Positions 44,682 through 55,794 of a stretch of DNA of 64,000 nucleotides are shown piece after piece. Below the pieces are notes generated by a model that saw only the letters and a list, made by a program, of their open reading frames with translations, did not search any database and had not been told where the DNA came from. Every line of letters starts with the position of its first letter. Positions within the stretch are counted from its first letter, which is position 1. The position numbers and the translations under genes are program-made. Location: the sequence record ON287370.1. The stretch is one strand, 5' to 3'.

Positions 44682-47012
44682 ATGAATCAATTAGACATCG
44701 CTAAGAAGCTCTTAGCGCATCAGGGACTAAAGCCTGGGTCTTTACCAGAATACCTGATGGACGATAAGAATGAGCGTAACAAATTAGAAGATCATGATGA
44801 ACGAATCATGGCTCACTATAATGAGGATTCTCTCTGGACACTTAAAACGGTAAGGTTCTTGAAAGACTTCTCTCGTTATGGTGCAGGGGTACATACAGAA
44901 ACAACTAACAAGAGTTTCTTGCGTACTGCTGAACTATTCAGGCAGATGGGAATTAAGAACTATTACTTCCTGCTGCAGATTAACAACCCACTTATTAAAG
45001 ATCTCGATCCTTGGTCGGAAGACTTGACCGATGAACAACGTATGATGATCTTGAATGAATGTAACGAAAACATCTGGTACATTCTCCGTGAGGTTATTAA
45101 AATCGGTGGGCGTAGATTCCGTGGTAACCGTGCGGTAATCTCGTTTATTTGGTCTTGCGTTAACCATATCCCTACAACCATCCTAATGCCTCGCCAGTCT
45201 GGTAAAACGGTTGGGATGCAGGTACTTGCATTCATTATGCAATATCTGTTAGGTCGTGGTTTCCGTACTGGGTTGATTACACTTGCTGCAGCTAACCGAA
45301 TGCAGTTCGTTGAAGCACTTAAGAAGATACGAGCGGGTCTACCTGAATACTTAACCAACATGACTTATAAGGATAAGGATGCTGGTAATGCCTTAACCTA
45401 TCAAGCCTTTGGTGAGGATAAGAAGAACACCTTTGAGGTCCGTGTACCTTCAGGTGGTGCAGATGGTGCAGAGAACGTATCTCGTGGTTCAACCTTTGAA
45501 GTTCTGTTGTATGACGAACCTGCATGGACGAAATACATCGAGAACATTATCAACGGTTCGGGTCCTGCGACCCTGACTGCACAGAAGGAAGCACGTGAGA
45601 AAGGGATTCCTTATTTCACAGCCAAAGCTACAACACCTAACTCCGTTCTTAAAGAGGAAGGTCGTTACATGCATGATGACTTTATGTCGTCTACTGAATG
45701 GCGTGAAAGCTTCTTCGATAGTTTCTCTGAGACCCATCTCGTTAAACGTATCATGAAAGCATCCCCAGTTAAAACAACTTATCCTAAAGTGGGTATGATG
45801 TTTACACACCTTCAACTTGGCTTTGGTCATTCTTGGGTTAAAGAGACCATGGACAAATTGGGTCTATCTTGGTCTAAGGCTAAGATCGACTTGTTGATGA
45901 TGTGGACTGAAGAAGGGATGAATAAACTCTTCGATGACTTTACTCGTGAGAAACTTGCGGAAAGTAAAGTAGAACACTGTCGAAATGAAGAGATTGGTGA
46001 TACCGGCCTGTTTGTTGACTGGTTCATTCCAGAAGAGATTGTAGAAGCTTACAAACATGACGAGTCTGAATATCTACTCTATGGGATGGATACTTCAGAT
46101 GCCAACGACCGAGATGCTTGTACTCTCGTTATCAGACGTATGAAGTCCGGTGAGGTTGTCGGTACAGGACGTTATGCTCTAGCTTTCCTTGATGATGTAA
46201 CTGATGTTGTTAAAGAGTTACTGATTAGAATCCCTAACAGTATGTTGGTAATTGAGCGTAACCGTGCAGCAATGATGATCGAACGTTTATTGATTACATT
46301 ACCTGCATATGGTATCGATCCATTTACTCGTATCTTTAATGATATCTTCCAAGATCCAGTTAAGTATAAGAATGAATATCGCGATGTCATGGAGATGAAC
46401 TTCAAACATCGTACTAAGGAATTCTATCTTCGTTTCAAAGGTAAGTTTGGTTTCCATACTGGTCCAGAAACTCGTAGACAAATGTATGGCTTTATTCACG
46501 AAGCTATTTCATTAACGGGTGCTGTTATCAGATACAAACTTTTGATCGATGAACTGATTGGATTAGAAGTTGATAAGGATGGTCGTATTGACCACAAATC
46601 CTCAGGTCATGATGACTTGGTAATTGCATGGTTGTTAACTTATTGGTTTATCAAACTGGGTTATAACAAAACCCTTTATGGTATTCCACAAGGCGCAACA
46701 ATGATCGAGATCACCTCACTCAGAGATCAAGGTCAAGCTCCTCAGTATAACAAAGCACAGTTGGATCTCTTTACTAAGATTCGTGAACGTATTAACTTGT
46801 TGACTAAAGAACTGTTAAGTTCTGACAATAATACCTTAGCGGTTCGTATCGAGATGGAAATTCGCAAACTGTCTGAGTTGATACCTAAGGAACTCCGTAA
46901 AACAATTACTATCGATGAGATCATTGAGAATGCTAAACAAGAACGTAGTAAACGTTTAATAGAACAACGTTCTAAGGCAAGTCGCTTCGGTACTCGTAGT
47001 CGTTATTACTAA
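44682..47012 (+). CDS. terL: Terminase large subunit
   Basis: Walker A PRQSGKT, Walker B LLYDEP, nuclease YGMDTS and HDDLVIA. Confidence 0.92.
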   Translation: MNQLDIAKKLLAHQGLKPGSLPEYLMDDKNERNKLEDHDERIMAHYNEDSLWTLKTVRFLKDFSRYGAGVHTETTNKSFLRTAELFRQMGIKNYYFLLQINNPLIKDLDPWSEDLTDEQRMMILNECNENIWYILREVIKIGGRRFRGNRAVISFIWSCVNHIPTTILMPRQSGKTVGMQVLAFIMQYLLGRGFRTGLITLAAANRMQFVEALKKIRAGLPEYLTNMTYKDKDAGNALTYQAFGEDKKNTFEVRVPSGGADGAENVSRGSTFEVLLYDEPAWTKYIENIINGSGPATLTAQKEAREKGIPYFTAKATTPNSVLKEEGRYMHDDFMSSTEWRESFFDSFSETHLVKRIMKASPVKTTYPKVGMMFTHLQLGFGHSWVKETMDKLGLSWSKAKIDLLMMWTEEGMNKLFDDFTREKLAESKVEHCRNEEIGDTGLFVDWFIPEEIVEAYKHDESEYLLYGMDTSDANDRDACTLVIRRMKSGEVVGTGRYALAFLDDVTDVVKELLIRIPNSMLVIERNRAAMMIERLLITLPAYGIDPFTRIFNDIFQDPVKYKNEYRDVMEMNFKHRTKEFYLRFKGKFGFHTGPETRRQMYGFIHEAISLTGAVIRYKLLIDELIGLEVDKDGRIDHKSSGHDDLVIAWLLTYWFIKLGYNKTLYGIPQGATMIEITSLRDQGQAPQYNKAQLDLFTKIRERINLLTKELLSSDNNTLAVRIEMEIRKLSELIPKELRKTITIDEIIENAKQERSKRLIEQRSKASRFGTRSRYY

Positions 47013-47021
47013 ACAGCATAA

Positions 47022-47053
47022 TAGCTATTCCACCCAACAGGGTGGAATAGCTA
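47022..47053. terminator. Bidirectional terminator
   Basis: TAGCTATTCCACCC/GGGTGGAATAGCTA 14-bp stem between convergent genes. Confidence 0.85.
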
Positions 47054-47060
47054 GTTTATG

Positions 47061-48803
47061 TTATTTGCTTAAAGCAGTAACTTTCTTACACATGGTTGCT
47101 GAAACACCCAATTGGAGTTCTGCACCGGTAGCGTCACGACGCACCCAACGAATGTAAAGAGTTTCACCGTCATTAACAGGTAGACTTGCTAATGGAGGAT
47201 TCTTCCAACTTGCAATTGGGATAGCAGTAACTGCAGTACCATCTACTTTAACCAAATCGAAGTGAGTTGGTGTAGGTGCTTTAACTTCTTGACGTGGGTC
47301 ATAAATTGGCTCGAATGCCCAATAACCTTTATCCAAGAAGTCAGCATCAGTAGTGATGTCTGCGAACTTAGCAATATTGTTTCCGCCAGTCTGTGGAACG
47401 AATTCCATGGTCAGGTTGTGGAATGCTGGACGGTTATAGGAATGTCGGACATCCCATTTACGACCAGTTGCCAAAGCTGCGTTGAACAGTGTGATCGTTG
47501 TATACTGAATGAATGCCCATGGTTCATAGGTAGGAGAAACATCGCGCATATTCAGGTTAAAGATCATTGGTTGTTCTTCACCGTACTTCTGACCTTCAAA
47601 GACTGGAGAACCTTCATTGAGTGTTACCTTGTCAGTAACATCACGACAGTACTTACGATCCAAGTCAGTCAAGTAGTGACGGAGTTTATAACCAACAGCT
47701 GGATCCCAATATGGGTAGGTATAGATACGAGGACTATAAGCACCTTGGCTTGGAGTCGCTACAATCTCATAACTAACCGACATGTGATTAGGAGAACCAG
47801 GTTGTGCAATCAGAGCTTGTTCAGATTCTTTAAATGCGTAGGTAAGAACCAGTGCATCAGAAACCTGACCTGGGGTAGTTGGTTTATACTGGTCAGTACC
47901 AATAAGAGTAAACCCGTTATCACCGTTAAACGAGTTGACCGGCATCTCTTCAGAATCACCATTACTATAAAGTACACGGGCTCTGAATTCAACAGCAGTC
48001 AATGGCAAGTTAACAGGGACGAACATGGTGTTCGGTTTGGTACTGTTAGTGAACCATGGAGAAATCAGCTCGATGGATTTAACGTAACGTTTATCCAACT
48101 GGTGATCTCTCAGATAAGCACAGTGTTGAACCACTACTGGATAAGTAGGTGGAATTGGACGCCCGGCGTTATCGTAATAAACCAGAGTACAACGAGTACC
48201 ATTTGGCAGAGCGGCTTCGTTCAATTGAACAGAGAAACTATCGGCACCAACAATAACCTTGTTCTCTAAGTTGTCATAAACAACAGGAGATACTGGGATC
48301 TTGTTACTGATGAAATCCTGACCAGAATAAGTCGAGGAAATAATCTTGCCTTTCTCACCAATGATACTACCCAGGTATAACAGACCATAAGCAGCATTAG
48401 GAGCAACGCAGTTACTATCCACACGAGCCACAGGAGGACGTACAGAGTAATCGATTGCTAATGCCAACTCACCTTGCAGGAAACCATACTCATGACTTGG
48501 GAAGAGATCGTAATCCGATTCATCTTTCTCAGGTAACAAGAAGTAGTTTACAAAGGTAGTCTTCCAGGTTGCATAACGATCGACATGCGAAACTTCCAAG
48601 ATACGGTGGTTAGCTGTATCGTGGACTAATTCCCCTTCAAGAGGAATTACATATTTCATCATGTCTTTAACAGGGTGGATATCAGGGTTATAAATCTGAT
48701 CCAAATACCAAACCCGTTTTAAGTCACCTTCGTTCCTGATCTGAGGATCATTACCTGGAGCGATGGGACCTTGGCCGGGTGGTAGCGGCTTGTTATCAAA
48801 CAT
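47061..48803 (-). CDS. Virion structural protein (position of phiKZ gp26)
   Basis: 580 aa beta-rich; synteny terminase-gp26-27-28-sheath-tube. Confidence 0.7.
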   Translation of the reverse strand: MFDNKPLPPGQGPIAPGNDPQIRNEGDLKRVWYLDQIYNPDIHPVKDMMKYVIPLEGELVHDTANHRILEVSHVDRYATWKTTFVNYFLLPEKDESDYDLFPSHEYGFLQGELALAIDYSVRPPVARVDSNCVAPNAAYGLLYLGSIIGEKGKIISSTYSGQDFISNKIPVSPVVYDNLENKVIVGADSFSVQLNEAALPNGTRCTLVYYDNAGRPIPPTYPVVVQHCAYLRDHQLDKRYVKSIELISPWFTNSTKPNTMFVPVNLPLTAVEFRARVLYSNGDSEEMPVNSFNGDNGFTLIGTDQYKPTTPGQVSDALVLTYAFKESEQALIAQPGSPNHMSVSYEIVATPSQGAYSPRIYTYPYWDPAVGYKLRHYLTDLDRKYCRDVTDKVTLNEGSPVFEGQKYGEEQPMIFNLNMRDVSPTYEPWAFIQYTTITLFNAALATGRKWDVRHSYNRPAFHNLTMEFVPQTGGNNIAKFADITTDADFLDKGYWAFEPIYDPRQEVKAPTPTHFDLVKVDGTAVTAIPIASWKNPPLASLPVNDGETLYIRWVRRDATGAELQLGVSATMCKKVTALSK

Positions 48804-51618
48804 GTTTCACCTCAAAGTGACCTTCAATTTTTATCTTCCCTTCCAGGAACAAATTATTGACGACACTTATAAAAGTCATTTGATCAGGAGTTACAGTAAG
48901 TTTCTTCAAGTTACTGTACGGATGGACTGTGAAGTAACGAAGATCATAACCCAGCGTGATAGGATCATATTTAAGCATCCATTCATAAGGCTTGATCAAT
49001 TCATAAACAGTCTGGTCTGGATAAGGGACTTCTAACCCAGATGGTTTAGGTGCATCTAAGAACCCCAATACCAGTTCATTTACAATCCTACTAAGGAAAG
49101 GACTGAACAAGGTATATTTATCTTCTTCAAGATAAGGGAGAATCGGAGACCATGGCGCTTTATAAGTAGCGTACTCGGTAAGATAATCAGAAACCCGTTT
49201 ATCTACTTCCAGAGCAGCATCATAACCCCAGTACGTGTTATACCAATCAACATACTTGTTAGCAGAATAAATATGTTTAACCTCATAAGGCCAGCCATTT
49301 AATTTATTCAAGTTGTGACCGTGATGAATATCTTCAGCCCAGTCAACAGTTGGGGTTAAATAAAGTCTACCACCAATAATAGTTTTGGTTGGACGATCAA
49401 TACGAAGATTGTAACGACCATTATAACCAATAACACCATCAGCAACAAAGCCAAGTTCACTAGTATGAACTAGTCCGTTCTTAGAAAGACCTGTACCACG
49501 ATACTGGATAAATTGAGGACCATCTACTAACCACATCTTACTGATAATGTGAACCATTGGGAAATCCACAATGTAATCCACGTTCTCAATCAGAGGGTGA
49601 CGGTTCATCCAGATATCTAACTGACCAGGTTCAATAGTCACTAAAGGACCACCAATTGGCCACTGGTGTGTAATACCGAAACTTAAGCTGTTATCAATGT
49701 GTGATAGTTCAAACTCATTATACAAGTGAGCTGTATCGAATACCACCATACCAACATAGTTTACAGTATCGAAGTTCCAGACGATATATCCGTTCTCAAT
49801 ACGGTATTGATCAGTGTCAGTAATATCAACCCAAGGCCCTGCAACTTTACCACCTTCAGGAAGAGAAGGATCTGGATCAGTCGGAGTTTCACCGTACTTA
49901 AGGATCTTCAGTTCAGCGCCATCAGGTGGATATGGGTTAGTCCCATCTTTACTGATCTTGATTTCATTAGGAACTGGATCCTTAGGTTCCCAATCTGGGT
50001 CAATAGCCCATGGTGCTTTATAAACCCTGAAACCATACCCACAACGAATCTTGATATCATCATGACTGACTTCCCAGTCCAACCAAGTAGTTGCTTTACC
50101 CAGAACCCATTCTACATAAGCAGTATCTTTATTAGGAGCATACCACTCTTGATTCTTGACATATTGCTTTCTTAAGAGCAACCCATCAATATCGTATTCA
50201 TACGCAGTTGAAGACTGTACGAATGTAGGAGGGACTTCATAACCTAAACCAGAGGTATAAGGTGGTGTTGGGTAAATGTCATTAAACCCAGGTTGACCAG
50301 GAGTAATGGCAGGCATATATAAAGGAGAGTTAGACATGGCAACAGAACAACCATGATAACCCAAACCTTCACGTACCAGTTCAGAAGTTAACTTAGGCGC
50401 AATCGAGTTCAATACGTGGTTGGTTGGAGAACCTTCCAGTGTAGCAGCTTGCCATTCCTTAACGTTGGAATTAGAACCCGTCATTGCGTCCAGAATCTTA
50501 ACAGGATCTTCAAGTAAATAAAGATCGTTAATGCGACTGGAAGTAGGACCGAGTTTAAACTGCCAACGAGTAGCATGATAAGCAACCATGATCTCGATGT
50601 CATTCATCGTTGTTTTCTTAGATGTATCCTCAGCAATCAAACGGTTAGCTAAGAACTCAATATAACTTGCCGCCATACCGTAGTCTTGGTGAGTCAACTG
50701 TCTTACAGCATCTTCACTATTACGGTTATAGTAGTAAGCATTGTTATTACGTTTGTTCTTCACATAGAAGCGACAATCGTCATAATAACGATACATCCGA
50801 GGAACATCTTTGAACCCTGGGAACAAGATAACTTTACGTTTCTCATCCAGAGTAGAATAGTAGTCGGGCATCCCCTTATACTTGTAACTCAGAATCATTT
50901 CAATTGAAGGGTCATAACACGCTTCAATTAAATCACCTGGTTTTAAAGTCACAGAGTCAATAGGCTTCAATGTACCATTGTGGTAGAAAGAAACCATCCC
51001 CATATTAAACTTCTTCCAGGTGTCATAATTCAGACGTACTGTTTCCATATCCTCATGTTGGATGTAAATCCCACCAGAGTAACCAAAGGAAAACTTAGGA
51101 AGGTTTTCATTACTGATAAGAGAAGTATTGATGTCTGTTGTATAACAGTGCATGTACAAGTTCTTATCTAAAGGTAATGGGAAGTTATCGTTTCGAGGAA
51201 GGCAAACTAAAGTTGTACCATCAAAGCAAGGCATGATGAATACTTGAGTTCGTGGGAACATACTCCCATCGGCTTTATAAAAATCTAAAGCCACTCCACG
51301 TTTAGTAGAGTAATCAGATGCTCTTACCCAGGCATCCATTGGATACCAACTTTGCTGACGGTTACCCAAGTTCCAGAATCCAGTATCTAAACCACCTAAG
51401 GTAAAGACGTGATAGAATTCTAGAGTGGTGGGTAAGTAACGGCGTTTACCGGTGTAAGCAAAGTCATTAACAAAACCTTGGAGGCCGGACACTCTAGCCA
51501 GTTTAATCTGGTATTGAGAGTCCAGCTCTGGATTACCCCACATGTTCTTAATGGAGTAGTCGACCAATGGATTATCTTCTTGGGAATAGCAGAGTTGATA
51601 TGCAGGCATTGATATCAC
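48796..51618 (-). CDS. Virion structural protein (position of phiKZ gp27)
   Basis: 940 aa; synteny. Confidence 0.7.
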   Translation of the reverse strand: MISMPAYQLCYSQEDNPLVDYSIKNMWGNPELDSQYQIKLARVSGLQGFVNDFAYTGKRRYLPTTLEFYHVFTLGGLDTGFWNLGNRQQSWYPMDAWVRASDYSTKRGVALDFYKADGSMFPRTQVFIMPCFDGTTLVCLPRNDNFPLPLDKNLYMHCYTTDINTSLISNENLPKFSFGYSGGIYIQHEDMETVRLNYDTWKKFNMGMVSFYHNGTLKPIDSVTLKPGDLIEACYDPSIEMILSYKYKGMPDYYSTLDEKRKVILFPGFKDVPRMYRYYDDCRFYVKNKRNNNAYYYNRNSEDAVRQLTHQDYGMAASYIEFLANRLIAEDTSKKTTMNDIEIMVAYHATRWQFKLGPTSSRINDLYLLEDPVKILDAMTGSNSNVKEWQAATLEGSPTNHVLNSIAPKLTSELVREGLGYHGCSVAMSNSPLYMPAITPGQPGFNDIYPTPPYTSGLGYEVPPTFVQSSTAYEYDIDGLLLRKQYVKNQEWYAPNKDTAYVEWVLGKATTWLDWEVSHDDIKIRCGYGFRVYKAPWAIDPDWEPKDPVPNEIKISKDGTNPYPPDGAELKILKYGETPTDPDPSLPEGGKVAGPWVDITDTDQYRIENGYIVWNFDTVNYVGMVVFDTAHLYNEFELSHIDNSLSFGITHQWPIGGPLVTIEPGQLDIWMNRHPLIENVDYIVDFPMVHIISKMWLVDGPQFIQYRGTGLSKNGLVHTSELGFVADGVIGYNGRYNLRIDRPTKTIIGGRLYLTPTVDWAEDIHHGHNLNKLNGWPYEVKHIYSANKYVDWYNTYWGYDAALEVDKRVSDYLTEYATYKAPWSPILPYLEEDKYTLFSPFLSRIVNELVLGFLDAPKPSGLEVPYPDQTVYELIKPYEWMLKYDPITLGYDLRYFTVHPYSNLKKLTVTPDQMTFISVVNNLFLEGKIKIEGHFEVKHV

Positions 51619-51636
51619 CCCAAGATAATAAAAAGA

Positions 51637-52512
51637 TTAACGACCTGTGAAGTAGTATTCAGTTGTAGCAATGAAGCTAGAAACTGTCTTATCTTCTTTA
51701 ACGTTCAGTTCCTGACCAACCGCTGTGTTCTGATAGATTTTCTGAGTAGCCGCACCCCAGCAGATAGCTGTGAACAGAGTTGGCATTTCCAGAGCCGCAC
51801 CCATCAACATACGGAAGCCAGAAGTAGAGAAGAATACACTGGAACCAGCAGCAACTAAACCACCGATATCCAAACGACTCAGAGAGAACAGAGATGGTTC
51901 TTCTTTGATCGCTTTCAGCAGGTCTTCAACTTTAGCCAGATAACCCAGGTCTTTAATGATTTCTTGAACCTGAGCTTGCGGAATACGCAAAGCACGAGAT
52001 ACTGCGTTCTGTGCAATAAATGAATAATCCACATTAGGACTTTCAGATAAACAGACGAAGTAATAGCCCAGAATGACACGCAGTGTTATCTTCTGAACAA
52101 TATCAAGTGTTGTTGTACGACCGATGGCATTACCAACAGCATTAGCGAATGCTTTGATAGTGAATGGACGAACTGATTTAATTAAAGTAAGGTTACCTTT
52201 TTGGGCATCCTGTTGAAGGATACTTGCCAGCAACATTACGTTATATTCAGGAACGTTAATATTACGTCCTGCTTTATTAAAGTAAGTGCGTTGGTCAAAA
52301 ACGGTAACTGGTTCTCTCATGTAGTTAATGAGAGAGATAGGGAAGATAAATGGAGGCAGGCCAAAATCGTTTTTGTGATCAACTGCGAACACACCACGAT
52401 TATCAACTAACTCTAAACGATCAGTACTTTGTAAAGCATTAATCGTTTCAGTTACTTTATCTTTAACTTTGAATCTACTACCCACGGTAGTATCGTAACC
52501 ATTTAATATCAT
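51637..52512 (-). CDS. Virion structural protein (position of phiKZ gp28)
   Basis: 291 aa; divergent from tail sheath gene. Confidence 0.65.
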   Translation of the reverse strand: MILNGYDTTVGSRFKVKDKVTETINALQSTDRLELVDNRGVFAVDHKNDFGLPPFIFPISLINYMREPVTVFDQRTYFNKAGRNINVPEYNVMLLASILQQDAQKGNLTLIKSVRPFTIKAFANAVGNAIGRTTTLDIVQKITLRVILGYYFVCLSESPNVDYSFIAQNAVSRALRIPQAQVQEIIKDLGYLAKVEDLLKAIKEEPSLFSLSRLDIGGLVAAGSSVFFSTSGFRMLMGAALEMPTLFTAICWGAATQKIYQNTAVGQELNVKEDKTVSSFIATTEYYFTGR

Positions 52513-52619
52513 AACTCTAGTCCTGAAATAATGTTATGCGTGTTAACGTTAACTGTCATGCCCGATTTTAGGGTCATACGATTGATTTTTTTGATCAAAA
52601 AAATTAATGAGGTTTTACT

Positions 52620-54815
52620 ATGGATACTTTTAACAAAGTGATTCCAGGTAAAGTGGTAAATAATGGTATCGTTAGTCGGGAACAATTCCCAGCCGGCGTA
52701 CCAGTTATCTCTTCCCCTGCTCACTTTCCGGACTTCGCTTCGGTAACCCCTAAGGGGCCAACCAAAGGCGGTACGGTAGCTGTTGGGACTTTCACTGAAA
52801 AGTTCGGCGACACTACTGATGCGTTCGGTATGTACTACAACCCAGTTACCTATGCTATCCAGCAATTAGGTCGCGCGGGTCAGGCGTCTTTCCGTTTTAA
52901 ACGTCTGGTGAACAACAACGTCAAAGCACGTACTATCTTCGGTGTAGCTATCTTTAAAGGCGATATCCCGAATTATGTTCGTGATGTAAATGACGATTAC
53001 GAACAAGATGCAACTGGTAACCCAGTAGTCAATAAAGAAGCACCAACTGTCAAAGGTGTTTGGGTCTGTCCAGCTGTTGCTGCTACCAAAGGTGAAATCG
53101 GTTCTGTTAAGAACTTGGAAGTAACTGCTGGTGATAGCACCCCAGATATCCCAGTTGGTACTAAAGGTACCTTCTACCCACTGAGTGAAGTTATCTCTGG
53201 GATTGGTGATGTCTATAACGCTAACTATGTAACCATCGGTCACAATACAAATACTGACTGGAATGAAGTTGCTCGTTTCGTTATGACTAACGGTTCTTAC
53301 CCATTCATCCTGAATATGGGTATCCTGTTGGATAATGGTCTGCGTGTACCTGCTAATACCATCAATGGTGTTCCAGATACCACCTTTACCATGTTCGACA
53401 CTGTTTCCGATCTGAACGTTCGCTACAGTCTGAAAACTGCAGTCGACCAGTACACCGGTAACAACGTTAACCGTCCAGTTGAACTTCGTGACGCTCCATT
53501 TGATACTGTATACTCTTATACACAAAACATCAGTTTGGTAGCTAAAGAACTGTACGAAGCTGAATATGGCGATGGCACTATTCTGCCTCCAACTGTACAA
53601 TCTAAACGTCTGCCTAAGTTCGCTATCATGAACATGCTAGATCTGGTGAACCACTTTGGTAAGCCATATCATCACGTTGTGTTCGGTGGTAACCTGGACG
53701 TTGAAGGTTCTCTGACTGGTACTCGTATCAGCCCTAACCATTACCTGCAAGCTAGCGGCGGTGTAAACCCTTATGCTGATGCTGAAGGTAAATTCCCTGC
53801 TAAACCTAGTACTTGGGTAGATGCAGTAGATGGTGTTTGGGTTGAAGACGTAACTGATCCTGATGCAGTGATCTCTACCAAACAGTGCTGGGAAATGAAC
53901 CAGGTACTGCTGGAAGCTTATCTGCTTGAGTATCAAAACTCCCTGGACGTTAAAGACGTTATTCGTAACCGTGCTTCGTTCATGTGGGACGTTGGTTATA
54001 ACCAGCGTATCAAAGACATCCTGATCCAGTTCATGTCTAAGCGTAAAGATATCATCGTTGTTCCTTGTGCAACTGAATGGCTGCGTAAGAAAACTCAGGA
54101 TGAGATCTACTCTACCGCTACTATGTTGAACACCCGCATCGTCATGATTCCAGAATCAGAAGTGTATAAGGCTTCGGCTTGCCGTTCGTCTATCAACCTG
54201 TGGGATGCTCGTTATATCAACGAACCTACTTGGGAACGCTTCTCTCTGAACATCGACCTGATGTATGCATTCGCAGTAGCAGGTGGTGGTGCAGACGGTA
54301 AGATGTTTGCTTCTCAAATGCCTGATCACGACGCTAACCGTATTCTGCGTATCGCTCACGATCCACAGGTGCAGTTCGAAGCTGATGATCCTGCTGCTAA
54401 CAACCTGATCAACGGTTCTATTACTGTTACTCCAATCACCGAGTCTCAGTTCTGCCGTCCAGCACTTCCAACTGTTTATGACAACATCAACAGTGTGCTG
54501 AAAGATCTGACCAACGTTTGGAAATGTGTCTGCGTTGAGAAGATTCTGCAAGATCAGTGGATTCAGGTTTCTGGCGATCCACAGCTGGGTCGTGAAGGTT
54601 ATCTGGCTCGCGTTAAAGACGGTGCAGAAGCACGCATCCGTGATCTGTTTGGTTCTGTAATTTCCAACTGGGAAGTTGAGACTTCATTCCGTGAAGATTC
54701 TCCTACTTCTAAATCTGTTATGTACGCAGTAACTCGCCTGTGGCTGGGTAAAGGCGTTTACATGATGGATTCTACGCTGGAAGCTTACAACGAAGACAGC
54801 CTCGCAGCAGAATAA
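52620..54815 (+). CDS. Tail sheath protein (phiKZ gp29-like)
   Basis: 731 aa, N-terminal TPKGP, sheath-like C-terminal domain, high-expression codons, followed by tube gene. Confidence 0.85.
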   Translation: MDTFNKVIPGKVVNNGIVSREQFPAGVPVISSPAHFPDFASVTPKGPTKGGTVAVGTFTEKFGDTTDAFGMYYNPVTYAIQQLGRAGQASFRFKRLVNNNVKARTIFGVAIFKGDIPNYVRDVNDDYEQDATGNPVVNKEAPTVKGVWVCPAVAATKGEIGSVKNLEVTAGDSTPDIPVGTKGTFYPLSEVISGIGDVYNANYVTIGHNTNTDWNEVARFVMTNGSYPFILNMGILLDNGLRVPANTINGVPDTTFTMFDTVSDLNVRYSLKTAVDQYTGNNVNRPVELRDAPFDTVYSYTQNISLVAKELYEAEYGDGTILPPTVQSKRLPKFAIMNMLDLVNHFGKPYHHVVFGGNLDVEGSLTGTRISPNHYLQASGGVNPYADAEGKFPAKPSTWVDAVDGVWVEDVTDPDAVISTKQCWEMNQVLLEAYLLEYQNSLDVKDVIRNRASFMWDVGYNQRIKDILIQFMSKRKDIIVVPCATEWLRKKTQDEIYSTATMLNTRIVMIPESEVYKASACRSSINLWDARYINEPTWERFSLNIDLMYAFAVAGGGADGKMFASQMPDHDANRILRIAHDPQVQFEADDPAANNLINGSITVTPITESQFCRPALPTVYDNINSVLKDLTNVWKCVCVEKILQDQWIQVSGDPQLGREGYLARVKDGAEARIRDLFGSVISNWEVETSFREDSPTSKSVMYAVTRLWLGKGVYMMDSTLEAYNEDSLAAE

Positions 54816-54826
54816 GGAATTAAAAG

Positions 54827-55729
54827 ATGGCAACTAACTACCCATATCGCGACAATATGACGCTGATGCCGGGGAACTCTGACTTCGTCCGTGCATTTGA
54901 TATCCGGAACACTCCGGTAATCAACGCTGCATTCGGCGGTCAGTATGGCTTTGCTCCTAACAACTTCCGTTTTGTTCAGGAACAACCATACGTATCCCAG
55001 CGTCCTTACTGCGTCAACCTGTCAACTCCAGCTGCGTTCTCTGCACTGCCTGGTGGTCAAGAGCTTCATGGTCTGCTTCGTGCATACATGGAAACTCGTA
55101 GCCGTAACTGGTCTGGTCTGAGCGTTCGTACTGCAGTTGATTACCATGACATCACTTGGGCTGGTGGTTCTACTCTGAGCTTCCCAGTTGGGTCTACTCG
55201 TACCTTCGGTGCGATCAGCCACATGGCTCTGGATCCAGAAGGTGAATCCTTCTCCAAACTGATGGATACCTGGATCAGCTACCTGCTGCAAGACCCGGTG
55301 ATTCGTCATCCTAAGATCATCACTCTGAACTATCAGGGCGAAATGCTTCTGGATGAAATCTCCATGAGTTCCATCTACTTTGAACCAAGTCGTAACTGGC
55401 GCGATGTGCGTCACGCTTGCCTGGTTCTGGCTCAGATGCCTAAAGAAGGTGCGAACTATGAATTCAGCTTTGACGTTGACAACTCCTCTGGTGCTGTTCG
55501 CGAAATCAACACTGAGTTCACTGGTCTGATGGAGTTCGATACTCTGGCGGCTAAAGAGATTGCACGTGCTGTAATGCAACGTATGCCTCTTTACAACCCA
55601 GGTGGTCGTGCTGCACCTGCTGGCTTCAAACAGCCAACTGCTACACTGCAGGGCATTCAGAACAACGGTCTGATCGACATCATGAATAAAGATGCTCGTA
55701 CCGTAACCCAGCCTAAGTACATGGGCTAA
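54827..55729 (+). CDS. Tail tube protein (phiKZ gp30-like)
   Basis: 300 aa directly after sheath, AAGGA RBS. Confidence 0.8.
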   Translation: MATNYPYRDNMTLMPGNSDFVRAFDIRNTPVINAAFGGQYGFAPNNFRFVQEQPYVSQRPYCVNLSTPAAFSALPGGQELHGLLRAYMETRSRNWSGLSVRTAVDYHDITWAGGSTLSFPVGSTRTFGAISHMALDPEGESFSKLMDTWISYLLQDPVIRHPKIITLNYQGEMLLDEISMSSIYFEPSRNWRDVRHACLVLAQMPKEGANYEFSFDVDNSSGAVREINTEFTGLMEFDTLAAKEIARAVMQRMPLYNPGGRAAPAGFKQPTATLQGIQNNGLIDIMNKDARTVTQPKYMG

Positions 55730-55752
55730 AAAAAAATAACATAAGTTATTAT

Positions 55753-55783
55753 CCCCTACCCACTCCGAAAGGAGGGGTAGGGG
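55753..55783. terminator. Bidirectional terminator
   Basis: CCCCTACCC..GAAA..GGGTAGGGG between convergent genes. Confidence 0.8.
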
Positions 55784-55794
55784 TTTTATGTTGT

